Source of the DNA: an uncultured Verrucomicrobiae bacterium
GTDB lineage: Bacteria > Verrucomicrobiota > Verrucomicrobiia > Limisphaerales > Palsa-1400
Direction of reading: 5' to 3'
Assembly: GCA_963764165.1 (NCBI GenBank)
Contig: CAVXRD010000001.1
Span: 192,001 to 256,000, forward strand
DNA length: 64,000 nt
The notes under the pieces were generated by a model that did no database searches, was not told the origin of the DNA, and worked only from the letters and a program-made list of their open reading frames with translations. The position numbers were made by a program, and so were the translations under genes. Each line of letters opens with the position of its first letter. The stretch's first letter is position 1. This document shows positions 9,667 through 19,299 of the stretch, piece after piece.

Positions 9667-10185
9667 ATGCAAACGCCCGAAGCCTATCAGATTGGACGCA
9701 TTGGCTGGCAACTCTTTGGCACGCTGACTTTCAAGTCCGAGCGCCTGCCGGAAAGAGTTCGCCTGGCCATGTGGTTCGCTTATGCCCGTCAAACCGGCAA
9801 AAGGCTTGGGGTCAAGTTTCACCGCCTCCTGTGGTGCCTGCGCCAGGAACAAGGCGAGATCGGCGGACGCAGGCATTTTCATTATTTGATGGCAGAGCTT
9901 CCCCATGAGCAACTCTGCCCGGCGCTGAACTTCGAGCTGATGGCCCTCTGGCAATCGCTCGGCGGCGGCTGGGCCAGGGTGGCGCGTTACCGCAACGACC
10001 TCGACGGCGTCGGCTACGTGCTCAAGGGCCTGGGCTACGCTTCCGAAGCGGAGCAGCATTACGAGATGCGCAAGTTCGGAAGCCAGCGCTGCCACCTCAT
10101 TCTGTCGAACTCGGTGTGGCGCACCCTCCATCGAGCAAACCTCGGACGCCATCGCTCAGCGGCGGCTTCCGGGGCCATTCGGTAA
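9667..10185 (+). CDS. HUH endonuclease / rolling-circle Rep-like protein, allele A
   Basis: Motif I FGTLTF, motif II RHFHYL and motif III YVLK, in Rep order. Confidence 0.75.
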   Translation: MQTPEAYQIGRIGWQLFGTLTFKSERLPERVRLAMWFAYARQTGKRLGVKFHRLLWCLRQEQGEIGGRRHFHYLMAELPHEQLCPALNFELMALWQSLGGGWARVARYRNDLDGVGYVLKGLGYASEAEQHYEMRKFGSQRCHLILSNSVWRTLHRANLGRHRSAAASGAIR

Positions 10186-10287
10186 CAGAGAGGCCGTCGG
10201 GCACAACCTTGGGCAATCGCTCAGTTGTGACACTTCGAGCGGGCCCTGCCGGGGGAGCGGCGCGTCAGCGCCGCCCCCCGGCGGGTT

Positions 10288-10448
10288 GCTTGAAGACCCA
10301 CTATGTACAGACCCGGTCAACCACCCTGGCGGTCGGATGCCAAAAGCCTGGCCGACACGGCTAAAAAGGAAAATGGCCACGCCCTTGCGTGGCCCTGCTC
10401 ACCCCCCATTCCCAAACAACTAGCCCAGCGGCAATGAGCGATTCAAAA
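10288..10448. repeat. Conserved ~160-bp non-coding block, copy 2, preceded by a GC hairpin at 10245-10285
   Basis: Direct comparison with 2727-2883 and 18235-18395. Confidence 0.9.
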
Positions 10449-10467
10449 TCCGGCGCGAAGCGTCCGA

Positions 10468-10962
10468 TTAAAAAAAAGGGGCAACAAAAACGATTGGCAC
10501 AAATATGAGAATGCTCAAGCCAAAAGCCAAAAGACAGTAAGGAACCCAGTGGAGAGTTTCGGACCGTAATGGTAAGTTACGCCTCGAAGTCAACAAAAAT
10601 CCCAAGAGAATACAGCAGACACAAACAAATGTTATAATCCCATCAGGAACACGATATAACAAAACACCCGTGACTCCGCCTACGCGCATTGTGCCGAAAA
10701 TGGTATCGTAACGACTACGCAGGTCGGGCTTTAACCAAAATTCAAAAAGCAGCACCACCGCGAGAACACAGATCGCATTCACTAAGAGCAACCCAATTAA
10801 ATGTCGATCCGGATTCTTGTGATTTTGTTGACACTTGATGAAGGCCAGGCAGGAAGTCGCAAAACACACAATGCCTAGGACGTACGAGATGCACGCCCAA
10901 TTCAACCATGCTGGCGCAATCTTCCCAAGCGTGTCATTCATAAGCACTGTGGCTATCATCAA
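10468..10962 (-). CDS. Putative membrane immunity protein (~4 TM)
   Basis: Hydrophobic, low-GC ORF whose start overlaps the toxin stop. Confidence 0.65.
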   Translation of the reverse strand: MMIATVLMNDTLGKIAPAWLNWACISYVLGIVCFATSCLAFIKCQQNHKNPDRHLIGLLLVNAICVLAVVLLFEFWLKPDLRSRYDTIFGTMRVGGVTGVLLYRVPDGIITFVCVCCILLGFLLTSRRNLPLRSETLHWVPYCLLAFGLSILIFVPIVFVAPFF

Positions 10963-11840
10963 GGTCTTTCTCCAAGGCCGGTTTCAAGACCTTGCTCGGT
11001 GCTGTTTGAGAACGGAATCATTTGTTGTGAGCCGGTTGACCAACTGAAACCAGAGAGCGAAAAGGGAAAGCCTTTCATCAGCCCGCCGGACTCATGTTCA
11101 GGAAAGTTCCGAACGCCTGCTCGATTTTCAATTGCATGGACAATCTCGTGCGATGCGATGTTTGCCGTCATAAAGGCATAGCTATTATCGGTTGCGCCGG
11201 TCGGCGCAGCCGCGTTTAAGCCTTTATCGATATTATCGGGATAAAGGTCAACGATGCTACCGTGCGTGTGACCGAGAACGGTGCCGCCACTTACATAGTC
11301 AATAAGGATGTTATATGTGTGCGTAGGTTGATCGAACCCAGCGGACACCCCCGCTGGCAAGCCTCCGTCTATCACCCGCAATTGAGTCGCCCGTTGGTAT
11401 TGTGATATTAAGGCCGATGTTTTCGACAAAATTCGGTCATGCACAGCTCTTTCATTAGCAGTCCCTCCGGGCGAAACATACACATTTACTGTTCCGACAT
11501 TTCCAGCCGTTTCTCGCCAGACGGAACAGACGGTGTGCGTAAACTCGACAGCCACAATAGTTACTAGGGCCGCAACGGTCAAACATTCAGTCAAATCATG
11601 TCCACTTGGGTCAATGTGATTGACGGGGTTTGCCTGGCAATAAAGATATTTATGAAGGCCCAACGGGTCGGTTTGGGTTCCCTCATAGGTATCCATCGTG
11701 ATACCGGCGACGTATGCGACTTTTTCCAACGCAGCCCCGGCGTCGTAGGCGGCCTGGCCCGCCCGCGTGAGCGCGTGCGCGTTGGACGGGGAAAGCCCGC
11801 CCAGGAGAACGGCTAAAAAGATGAACAGCCAGCGCATCAC
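10959..11840 (-). CDS. Signal peptide + Rhs core C-terminal motif + zinc metallopeptidase-like toxin tip
   Basis: MRWLFIFLAVLLGGLSPSNAHA; MDTYEG..LHKYLYCQANPVNHIDPSG; ASHEIVH...HESGGLM. Confidence 0.82.
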   Translation of the reverse strand: MMRWLFIFLAVLLGGLSPSNAHALTRAGQAAYDAGAALEKVAYVAGITMDTYEGTQTDPLGLHKYLYCQANPVNHIDPSGHDLTECLTVAALVTIVAVEFTHTVCSVWRETAGNVGTVNVYVSPGGTANERAVHDRILSKTSALISQYQRATQLRVIDGGLPAGVSAGFDQPTHTYNILIDYVSGGTVLGHTHGSIVDLYPDNIDKGLNAAAPTGATDNSYAFMTANIASHEIVHAIENRAGVRNFPEHESGGLMKGFPFSLSGFSWSTGSQQMIPFSNSTEQGLETGLGERP

Positions 11841-11901
11841 GATGCGGGCGATTTTAACGGGAAGAGCCGAATGGTTGCGAGCGGATTATTTGAGCGGGCC
11901 G

Positions 11902-13113
11902 CTAGGACGATTCTTCGATGGCTTCGGCTTCCAGCGCGGCCAGCAACTCAGCCCTGGCGGCCAGATCGGGAACGGAAGCGGGCGCGGCTGCGCCTGGGGC
12001 GGCTTCTGGCGCGTTGCCCGGTGCGATAAAGGCGAACTCGCCCTGCGCATCCGGCTTGGCTGCGGGTGGGGCGGTCGCGCTGTCGGTCGCAGTGGGCGCA
12101 GGGACTGCCTGCGGCATCTTGGCGGGATGAAAACGATCATGCACCACCTTGAGATGGGCAATGGCGACGTGGGTATAAACGCGCGTGCTCTCCAAAGAGG
12201 AATGGCCGAGCATGGCCTGGATGTAGCGAATGTCGCAGCCCGCCTCCAAAAGCTGCGTGGCCATCGTGTGGCGGAACAGGTGGCAACTGCCCCGGCGCGT
12301 GATGCCGGCGCTGCGAAAGATGTAGCGCACCTGCGAGCCAAGCCGGTTGGGATTGACGCGCACGCCCTTGGTGTTCACAAACACGGCGGGTTCGGCCACG
12401 GCGGAACAGAGCAGCGGTCGCGCTTCCAGCAGGTATTTTTCCAGCCACTGCAGGGCCCGGTCGCCAATCGGCACCACTCGGTCTTTGCCGCCCTTGCCCT
12501 GTTCTATCCAGACAAAGCCCCGGTCGAAGTCCACGTCGCCCTTGTTAAGTTGACAGAGTTCGGCCCGGCGCATTCCCGTCGAGTAGAGGACTTCCAGCGC
12601 GGCCCGGTTGCGCAACCCGGTGGGCTTGGAGAGATCAGGCACGTTCAACACCGATTCGATTTCAGCGGGCGAAAGCAGCGCGTGCGGCAGGCGGCGCGAG
12701 GTGCGCCCGTACTCGAGATCGCTGGCCGGATTGTAAAGTATAAGGCTTTGCTTGGTCAGCCAGCCGAAAAAACTGGCGATGATGCTGACGGCGTGGTTTT
12801 GCGTCTCGACCGCCAGCGGCTCGCCGTCCTTTTTCCGGTAGTGATAAAGGTAAGACTGATAATTGAAGATGACAGCGCGTGTGACCTGGCGGGCCTGGGT
12901 CAGCCCGGCCTGCTCGCAGAACGAACGGAAGGGCCGGAGCATTTTGCTGCGCGTGTAAACCGTCTGCGGCGAAAAGTGATGCACGCGCAAGTGTTCGAGG
13001 TAGCGGGCCATGAGGTAAAGCAGCCCCTGCGGGTCTTCATGGTGCGAGCCGCACGGGCCTGGCTTATGACGCGACAGGTCTTGTTCGGCCAGATGGGCGT
13101 AATAGGTTCTCAC
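11902..13113 (-). CDS. Tyrosine recombinase (XerC/D-like), copy B
   Basis: Near-identical to 4330..5526 except for a short N-terminal insertion and the low-complexity tail. Confidence 0.95.
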   Translation of the reverse strand: MRTYYAHLAEQDLSRHKPGPCGSHHEDPQGLLYLMARYLEHLRVHHFSPQTVYTRSKMLRPFRSFCEQAGLTQARQVTRAVIFNYQSYLYHYRKKDGEPLAVETQNHAVSIIASFFGWLTKQSLILYNPASDLEYGRTSRRLPHALLSPAEIESVLNVPDLSKPTGLRNRAALEVLYSTGMRRAELCQLNKGDVDFDRGFVWIEQGKGGKDRVVPIGDRALQWLEKYLLEARPLLCSAVAEPAVFVNTKGVRVNPNRLGSQVRYIFRSAGITRRGSCHLFRHTMATQLLEAGCDIRYIQAMLGHSSLESTRVYTHVAIAHLKVVHDRFHPAKMPQAVPAPTATDSATAPPAAKPDAQGEFAFIAPGNAPEAAPGAAAPASVPDLAARAELLAALEAEAIEESS

Positions 13114-13245
13114 TGTTTTTCCTTTAGTTGTCCTCTCCTACGGCTGTTAAACCACTAACAGCTAAAGAGATAAGAGCGTCACGGACGGCTGACGATTTCA
13201 TGACGAAGCGTGACGAAAGATGGTTTGGGGATGACGATTTCCCCT

Positions 13246-16104
13246 TCATGCTGACGATTTCCCTTCGTAGCCGGGCATGTCCACCGCCTCCGGCTCCGGC
13301 CCGGCGTAAGCCAGCTCGTAATTGAAGCGGGCGGCGGTTCCTGGCATCCGATGGCACAGGACGTATTCGAGGCTGACCAGCCGTTCCAGATGGCGGCGCA
13401 CCTGCGCTTCGCCCCATTTCAACTGCTCGCGCATCTCGCGCCGGGTGAGGCGAACGCGCTCCGATGGCATTTTCTTTTCCTCGGCCACTTTATTGACAAG
13501 CGTATTCAAGGCGGCGAGGAACGCCCGCGTCGGCGGCGCCAGTTCGTCCAGGCTGCGCCCCATCACGCCCGCCGCCAGTTGCTGCGCCTGGCGCAAGTCC
13601 TCCTGATCGGCCTCGATGTATTGCACCACCTGGCCCCGGTGCTCGCAGCTTTTGACCGGCTTCTGGAACTGGCGCAAAAAGGCAATGGCTCGGATGAGTC
13701 CAAGATATTTCTTGTGGTCGCGGCGCAGGCGCAGGCGGTCGCTCGGAAAGCGCAGCGTCTCGGCAAACGGGATAATCACTTTCAGCGGTCGCAACAGCCG
13801 TTGGGCCGCGTGATGGGTGGCAAGCACCGCCTGCTTGTCGAGCCGGGAGAGCAGCCCCCGGAGCGTTTCGCTCTGGCGCTGGGCGTCGTGGATGCGCTGC
13901 GTTTGCTCGCGCTCCTCGTCCACCGAGAGCACCAAAAAGCGGTTGGCCAGTTCCTCGTCGAACTCGGCCTGCGTGCTGGTCATGAACTGCGCCACCGGGC
14001 CTTCCACCGTTTTCAACTGCGTGCGCGGCATGCCGCCGTCCGGGTCTTTGACCGTCACGGCCAGCACCAGCTTTTTCTCGCTCTGCAAAATCTTGAGCGG
14101 ATAGGCGGCGCTCTGGCTGCCCTCGTCCTCAACGACCGCCAGAACCTTGTGCTTCAAGCCGTTTTCAGGAAGATAAAACAACGCCTGCGTGGTCATGGCC
14201 GTCAACGCCTCCTTGTCCTCGTCGGGCACGAAGTCAAGTATAGCGTTCAAGAGCGAGGATTTACCGGCGGCGCTGCGGGCCACGATGAGGCCGGAAAGTG
14301 GGTCGTCCAGCTTGCGGCTGATGGCGATGAGGTAGCCCAAAAGCTTGTTGGCATCCTCGCCCACCGTCCCGGCCAGCGCGAAGTCGGCCACGATGCGTTC
14401 CAACAGCTTCGGCTCGCGCAACAGGGCCAGCGCCTTCATTTCCTCCTCCGGCGTCATCACCGGTGCGCCGGTGGCCGTGGCTTTCATGCGTTCAATGATC
14501 TGCTTTTGCTGGTGCTCCTCCACCCGCACCAGGAGCTTGCTCAACTCGGCTTCGACCGTGTTCTTGTCCAGCCCGGCGATCTGCGCGGCCACGCTGGCAA
14601 AGCTGGCGCGGGCGCGGGCCTGGTAAAGATCGAGCGTGTCCACATGCATGGCGTCATGCCGGATGAGGCGCAGATTGACCTTGAGGCTGTCAAAGCTCGT
14701 ATTGCTTGACAGTCCCCGGACGCGATACCTGCGGTCGCTGACGGAGAGTTCGGCCACGCCATCGGGCAAGAAGGCGAAGCCTTCACCCACTGCGCCTGAC
14801 GGCGCGGGCGGGCCGTTCGTTCCGTTTGTTGACAGTGGCGCGACTCTCGGCGCGTGCAAATCCACTGCGCCAACAGCGGCGCTTGGCGCTGGGCAGGCGG
14901 GGCTTGCATCCACTGCGCCTGGCGGCGCGGGTTGGGCTGCGATTGCCTGGGCCGGTTCCGGCACGGCTAAAGGAACAACCTGAATGGCGCTGACCACATT
15001 GGCTGGCAGCAAGCGATAGCTCTTGGCGAAGCATGAGGCCAGATCGCCTTTGGCGTCCTTGGATTGCCTCACTAAATCGTTGGCATCGGACTGGCGCGGC
15101 CATTCCACCCGCCACGCCTCGATGCCCGCCGCTTCCAACTGGTGCGCCAGTTCATTGGCGGCCGTGTTGCCTGGCTCGTCGCTGTCGTAGCAGATCGTCA
15201 CCCGGTCGGGACGGCACGCTTTCAACAGTTCCCAATGGCCGGGCGTGAACCCTCGAACGCCATAGCTCCAGGTCACGCTCTCGAACCCGTGGACGTAAAG
15301 GCTCAAGGCGTCAATGGCCGCTTCGCACAAAAGCCATTCGCGTTTGCCATGCAGTCCCGCCGCGTTCCACACCCCGCTGTGTTTGCCCGGCAGGTAAAGA
15401 TGCGGGCAGGCGTTGCGCACGGGCGCGGTGATGCGCCGCCCATACATTTCGCCGATGCCCGCCGTGGTGAGAACCGGGAACACGACGCACCCGGTCAGGT
15501 GCTCGTGGCCGCTCTCGCGCAGGATGCCCAGCCGCTGCAGCCGGTCGCGCAACGCCTTTCCCGCGCTCGTCCCTTCGGGCGGCAGCCGGTAGGCCAGCGT
15601 GCGGTTGGCGTAACCCAAACGAAAATGTTTGACAGCTTCGGGATGAAAGCAGCCGCGTTTTTGCAGGTACTGCATGGCGGCGGGCTGGTTCAAAAACGTC
15701 TGGTGGTAAAAGTCGGCCACCCGCGAAAGCAGTTGGGCGTCGGTCACTTCCTCGCCGTCGCCGACCAGGCTGGCGTATTGCTTGCCCGATTTCGTTTTGA
15801 CAGTCCCGGCCAGAGGCGTTTTGCCCTCCATTTCCAGCAGCCGCTCCACCGCCCGGCGGAAGGCGATTTTCTCCAGGCGCATGACCAGGTCAATGACGCT
15901 GCCCCCGCCGCAGCCAGCCAGGCAGTTCCACAGGTTTTTCTCCGGCGTGACGATGAACGAGGGCGTTTCGTCCTGATGGAACGGGCAGCGCGCCGCCAGG
16001 TCTTTGCCGTGCTTCTCCAGCTTGAGGCCGTAATGCTCGCACAGGCGGGTCAGCGCGAACTCCGTTTTAAGCCGGGCCACTTCCTGTTCGCTAATCCATT
16101 TCAT
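13246..16104 (-). CDS. DNA primase: CHC2 zinc finger + TOPRIM + P-loop domain, copy B
   Basis: Same motifs as copy A; differs mainly in the Pro/Ala linker. Confidence 0.92.
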   Translation of the reverse strand: MKWISEQEVARLKTEFALTRLCEHYGLKLEKHGKDLAARCPFHQDETPSFIVTPEKNLWNCLAGCGGGSVIDLVMRLEKIAFRRAVERLLEMEGKTPLAGTVKTKSGKQYASLVGDGEEVTDAQLLSRVADFYHQTFLNQPAAMQYLQKRGCFHPEAVKHFRLGYANRTLAYRLPPEGTSAGKALRDRLQRLGILRESGHEHLTGCVVFPVLTTAGIGEMYGRRITAPVRNACPHLYLPGKHSGVWNAAGLHGKREWLLCEAAIDALSLYVHGFESVTWSYGVRGFTPGHWELLKACRPDRVTICYDSDEPGNTAANELAHQLEAAGIEAWRVEWPRQSDANDLVRQSKDAKGDLASCFAKSYRLLPANVVSAIQVVPLAVPEPAQAIAAQPAPPGAVDASPACPAPSAAVGAVDLHAPRVAPLSTNGTNGPPAPSGAVGEGFAFLPDGVAELSVSDRRYRVRGLSSNTSFDSLKVNLRLIRHDAMHVDTLDLYQARARASFASVAAQIAGLDKNTVEAELSKLLVRVEEHQQKQIIERMKATATGAPVMTPEEEMKALALLREPKLLERIVADFALAGTVGEDANKLLGYLIAISRKLDDPLSGLIVARSAAGKSSLLNAILDFVPDEDKEALTAMTTQALFYLPENGLKHKVLAVVEDEGSQSAAYPLKILQSEKKLVLAVTVKDPDGGMPRTQLKTVEGPVAQFMTSTQAEFDEELANRFLVLSVDEEREQTQRIHDAQRQSETLRGLLSRLDKQAVLATHHAAQRLLRPLKVIIPFAETLRFPSDRLRLRRDHKKYLGLIRAIAFLRQFQKPVKSCEHRGQVVQYIEADQEDLRQAQQLAAGVMGRSLDELAPPTRAFLAALNTLVNKVAEEKKMPSERVRLTRREMREQLKWGEAQVRRHLERLVSLEYVLCHRMPGTAARFNYELAYAGPEPEAVDMPGYEGKSSA

Positions 16105-16526
16105 GGTGCTTGCGCACGGCCACCATTAAAGGAAACCCATTCGCCGGTTTTCGGGTTCCAGCATCCCCGCAGCCCGTCGGTGTCAAGAAGATGATGCCAG
16201 CGTCTTTCAGCGGTCGCGGGCGAACGGAGCGCGAGCTTGATCATGCGCTGGCCCCGGTCGTACCAGCCGCAGAGGGATTTAAGCCGGTCGTCCCATCCGT
16301 GCTGATAGGCTTCGCGCACGGTCAACCGTCCCAAGGCCGCCAGTTCCTTGCCCACGCCCGCCGCCAGCGCGTCCCGCTCCCAATCGTCCCAGGGATAATG
16401 GCCGTAACTGCATTCGAGGACTTCCGAACCGAAGATGTCCAGCGGTCGCCGGAACTTTTTCATGGTGGGCCGTGGTCTGGCCAAACCCGTCAAGCCTGTT
16501 TCGGAAGATTTTGACATGAGGCGCAT
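16101..16526 (-). CDS. Hypothetical protein, copy B
   Basis: Identical protein to 8493..8918. Confidence 0.7.
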   Translation of the reverse strand: MRLMSKSSETGLTGLARPRPTMKKFRRPLDIFGSEVLECSYGHYPWDDWERDALAAGVGKELAALGRLTVREAYQHGWDDRLKSLCGWYDRGQRMIKLALRSPATAERRWHHLLDTDGLRGCWNPKTGEWVSFNGGRAQAP

Positions 16527-16595
16527 TTAGCGGTATTTCGTATAACTGTGCAAGCACTTTCGTATATTTCGCCAGATTGCCTTTATGATTCGGAG

Positions 16596-16967
16596 ATGAC
16601 AACGGGACGACCCGCATCGAAACCCCGCACTGTGTTGGGCCAGCGTATCTCCGAGGCTCGCCAGTTGGCTGGCCTGACTCAGCAGGCACTTGCCGACAAG
16701 GTCAACGTGTCTCAGCGCGTGATCGCCTACTGGGAGCGCGAAGCTGTTTCTTTGAGGGCAGACCAAATTAATGCTCTTGCCAGTGCGCTCAATGTGACGG
16801 CAGATGCTCTCCTGGGGCGCAAAGCCCCTCGCGGCGGCGGGCCGGTCGGAAAAGCACGGCGCATGTTTGAAGAAGTAAATAAACTGCCGCGTGACCGACA
16901 ACAGCATGTTCTGCGCGTGGTCGAAGATCTGTTGAAAGCCAACCGTCCTGAAAAAGCAGCCGCTTAA
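16596..16967 (+). CDS. XRE-family HTH regulator, copy B
   Basis: Identical protein to copy A. Confidence 0.92.
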   Translation: MTTGRPASKPRTVLGQRISEARQLAGLTQQALADKVNVSQRVIAYWEREAVSLRADQINALASALNVTADALLGRKAPRGGGPVGKARRMFEEVNKLPRDRQQHVLRVVEDLLKANRPEKAAA

Positions 16968-17273
16968 ACGCCCGCCCCGTTCCCGAGCAGTGGCGAGCAG
17001 TGGGCGGATTCTGGGCGAGTAGTGAAAGGATGGTGGCCCCGCCGCTTGACGGTCTGCCGGGCCTGTGCGATTGTCCCACCGTTGGAGCGATTGAAAACGG
17101 CTTTGATGTGATTCCTTGGACGCCCGCGAGCGTCAGGTAAAGTTGTGATGCGTTTCTAAGTCTCCTCTCTTGTGTGGCCCGTGCGGCCTTTTCCCCGTTG
17201 GGGTTTTTAACTGTTGGTTTCCAGCCTGGGGCGCGTGTGCGCCTTGGGCCGGAACCATTCGCATTGCCGTTTT

Positions 17274-18128
17274 ATGCTCGCGCCTTTTGAAGTTATTGGC
17301 CACCGCGTCCAGGCCGCCGCCGGACACGGCGCTTTGTCGTTTGAACGGGTGCTGGTCCTGGCGGACGCGGACCCGTTCTGCCCGTTGCGCCAGACAGTGG
17401 ATTACGCCCTGTCGCCGGATGAGGCCGGGCTTCCCGCTGGCCAGTGGCTGGGCCGCGTCCTGCTCCTGGGCATCCATGACATGGCCACCGGCTACGGCGG
17501 GCGCTTGCGCTTCGAGGGCCGCATCATGGGGGCGCAAACTCAGCGCGAGAACCTGGCGGCGCTGCCCGCCCCGGCCCACACCGGCACGCCCCGCCGCCGT
17601 TCCTTGGAAAGCCCCGATCTGCTCATGCTCTGCGGCGAGGCCTGGCAGTTCTTTGGCACGCTCACCTTCAAGCAGGAGCGGCTGCCGGAGCGCGTGCGCC
17701 AGTCCATGTTCAACGCCGCCTTCCGCCAACTGGCCAAAGAACTGCATCTCTATTTTCCCCGTTTGGCCTGGTGCCGCCGGGAAGAGCTGGGCGAGCAGTT
17801 GGGGCGGCGGCATTATCACTTTCTGTTGACAGGACTCCCGGCCCGGGCCGCGAACATCTCCACCTGCTTTTTTCTCATGCACGCATGGGAGAAGATCGGC
17901 GGCGGGATGGCGCGTGTCCGGCTGTACAACCAGGGGCAGGACGGCCTGGCGTACATCACGAAGTGCCTCCACGGCGGCGACGCCTACGAGACTTCCAAGT
18001 TCGCGGAGGGCCTGTCACACCTCACGCTCTCAGACGGGTTGCAGCGCATGTTGCGCTCCCGTCCAGTGATGGGAGAGAGGCGTCTTGCACAACGCGACAC
18101 GCCGACAGCGGGCGGCTTTCCTGCGTAG
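17274..18128 (+). CDS. HUH Rep-like protein, allele B, with an extra ~105-aa N-terminal region
   Basis: FGTLTF, RHYHFL and YITK motifs; ATG at 17274. Confidence 0.75.
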   Translation: MLAPFEVIGHRVQAAAGHGALSFERVLVLADADPFCPLRQTVDYALSPDEAGLPAGQWLGRVLLLGIHDMATGYGGRLRFEGRIMGAQTQRENLAALPAPAHTGTPRRRSLESPDLLMLCGEAWQFFGTLTFKQERLPERVRQSMFNAAFRQLAKELHLYFPRLAWCRREELGEQLGRRHYHFLLTGLPARAANISTCFFLMHAWEKIGGGMARVRLYNQGQDGLAYITKCLHGGDAYETSKFAEGLSHLTLSDGLQRMLRSRPVMGERRLAQRDTPTAGGFPA

Positions 18129-18234
18129 GGAAACGCTCTCTGGCAGCAAGGCCAATGGCCGGTTGTGACTTCCAAGCGGTTCCTGGGGGGCGGGCGGAGC
18201 GGCGCGTCAGCGCCGCTCGCCCGTCCCACAGGTT

Positions 18235-18395
18235 GCTTGAAGACCCACTATGTACACACCCGGTCAACCACCCTGGCGGTCGGATGCCAAAAGCCGGACC
18301 CAGCACGGCTAAAAAGGAAAATTGCCACGCCCTGCGTGGCCCTGCTCATCCCCCATTCCCAAACAACTAGCCCAGCGGCAATGAGCGATTCAAAA
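18235..18395. repeat. Conserved ~160-bp non-coding block, copy 3, preceded by a GC hairpin at ~18186-18228
   Basis: Direct comparison with the other two copies. Confidence 0.9.
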
Positions 18396-18438
18396 ATGGC
18401 GCGAACAAGTCGAAAATCAAACGGCTTATGTTTGACGG

Positions 18439-18981
18439 TCAACCGCCAAGACTTTTTGCCAGTTGAGCCACTCGATAGTCTTCCATCAGGCTGAGGCAAA
18501 CTTCCTCCATCGGTGGAAAGTCTATTGTAAACAAAGGTCGCAGGGCGTTGGCAAAATCAGGTAAGGTCAAATCGCCAAAGCCAGTGGCCAACGCCGTTAA
18601 GGTCACTTTTTTAGCTGCCAGTTCCGCCGCCATCCGCAAAGCCGTGGCAATGGTTTCTTGAACGCTTTCCGGCGTCGCGTGATACCAGCCGTCCACCGCC
18701 ACCGCATGAAGCACCGCCTTATAGGGAAGCTCCGACCCGGAATACGCAATCACTTCACCGAACCGGGCGGCGCGTGGCGTCCGTCCTGCAATGACCTTGT
18801 GCAATTCGGCCTGCATCCGTGGCCCATATCGCCCCAGCAAATCCGCCCCCACGCCGCCGGAAAGATTCAACGAGACGTTGGCCGAGCAAATCAGCACGTC
18901 CGCTGGCTCGTCCAAAATGTTGCACGCCTTTAACGTCCATCTGATGAACTTCGGCTGAAAAGTTGCGGTCGCTGCTTGCAA
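18439..18981 (-). CDS. Macro domain protein (ADP-ribose binding/hydrolase fold)
   Basis: ADVLICSANVSLNLSGGVGADL, VLHAV and TALATGFG match macrodomain signatures. Confidence 0.85.
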   Translation of the reverse strand: MQAATATFQPKFIRWTLKACNILDEPADVLICSANVSLNLSGGVGADLLGRYGPRMQAELHKVIAGRTPRAARFGEVIAYSGSELPYKAVLHAVAVDGWYHATPESVQETIATALRMAAELAAKKVTLTALATGFGDLTLPDFANALRPLFTIDFPPMEEVCLSLMEDYRVAQLAKSLGG

Positions 18982-19299
18982 TTAGCCCTCAACCGCAAAA
19001 GTGATGGTTTTGACCGCTTCAGTCAGAACAACAGCTTGCGTTGAGCGAGCAACCCCCGCCGTTTGCCCCTTGGCCAACTTGAGAACAATGTGGCTGAATG
19101 GCTCGCCCGGATTTTCAGATTCCCGAAACCCAACCTCTGCGTCGTCAGGGACATCAAGCACCGACCCAATTTGTACCCCCGACGGAACCAATGCGGCTGG
19201 CAGCAGAATGGTTACTGGCTCATTAGCCGTTAGCCGCAGTCCCTTCGGCCAGCCAAACGCTTTGTTTGACTCAATCTGAACTGTGCGGGCTTGATTCAT
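18982..19299 (-). CDS. Hypothetical protein, putative orphan immunity
   Basis: Translationally abutting ORF in the post-toxin cassette. Confidence 0.6.
   Translation of the reverse strand: MNQARTVQIESNKAFGWPKGLRLTANEPVTILLPAALVPSGVQIGSVLDVPDDAEVGFRESENPGEPFSHIVLKLAKGQTAGVARSTQAVVLTEAVKTITFAVEG

Larger units (their letters stand above)
4090..11657. mobile_element. Rhs-core-associated integrative unit A (7557-bp period)
   Basis: Bounded by TATTTATGAAG at 4090 and 11647. Contains integrase, primase, XRE, Rep-like gene, toxin tip and immunity gene. Confidence 0.75.

Noticed and set aside
4552..16194. Long plus-strand ORFs such as 4552..5505, 5764..7122, 7456..8586, 11767..13158, 13351..14709 and 15142..16194
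   Set aside because: Antisense shadows of high-GC integrase and primase genes, with no motifs.
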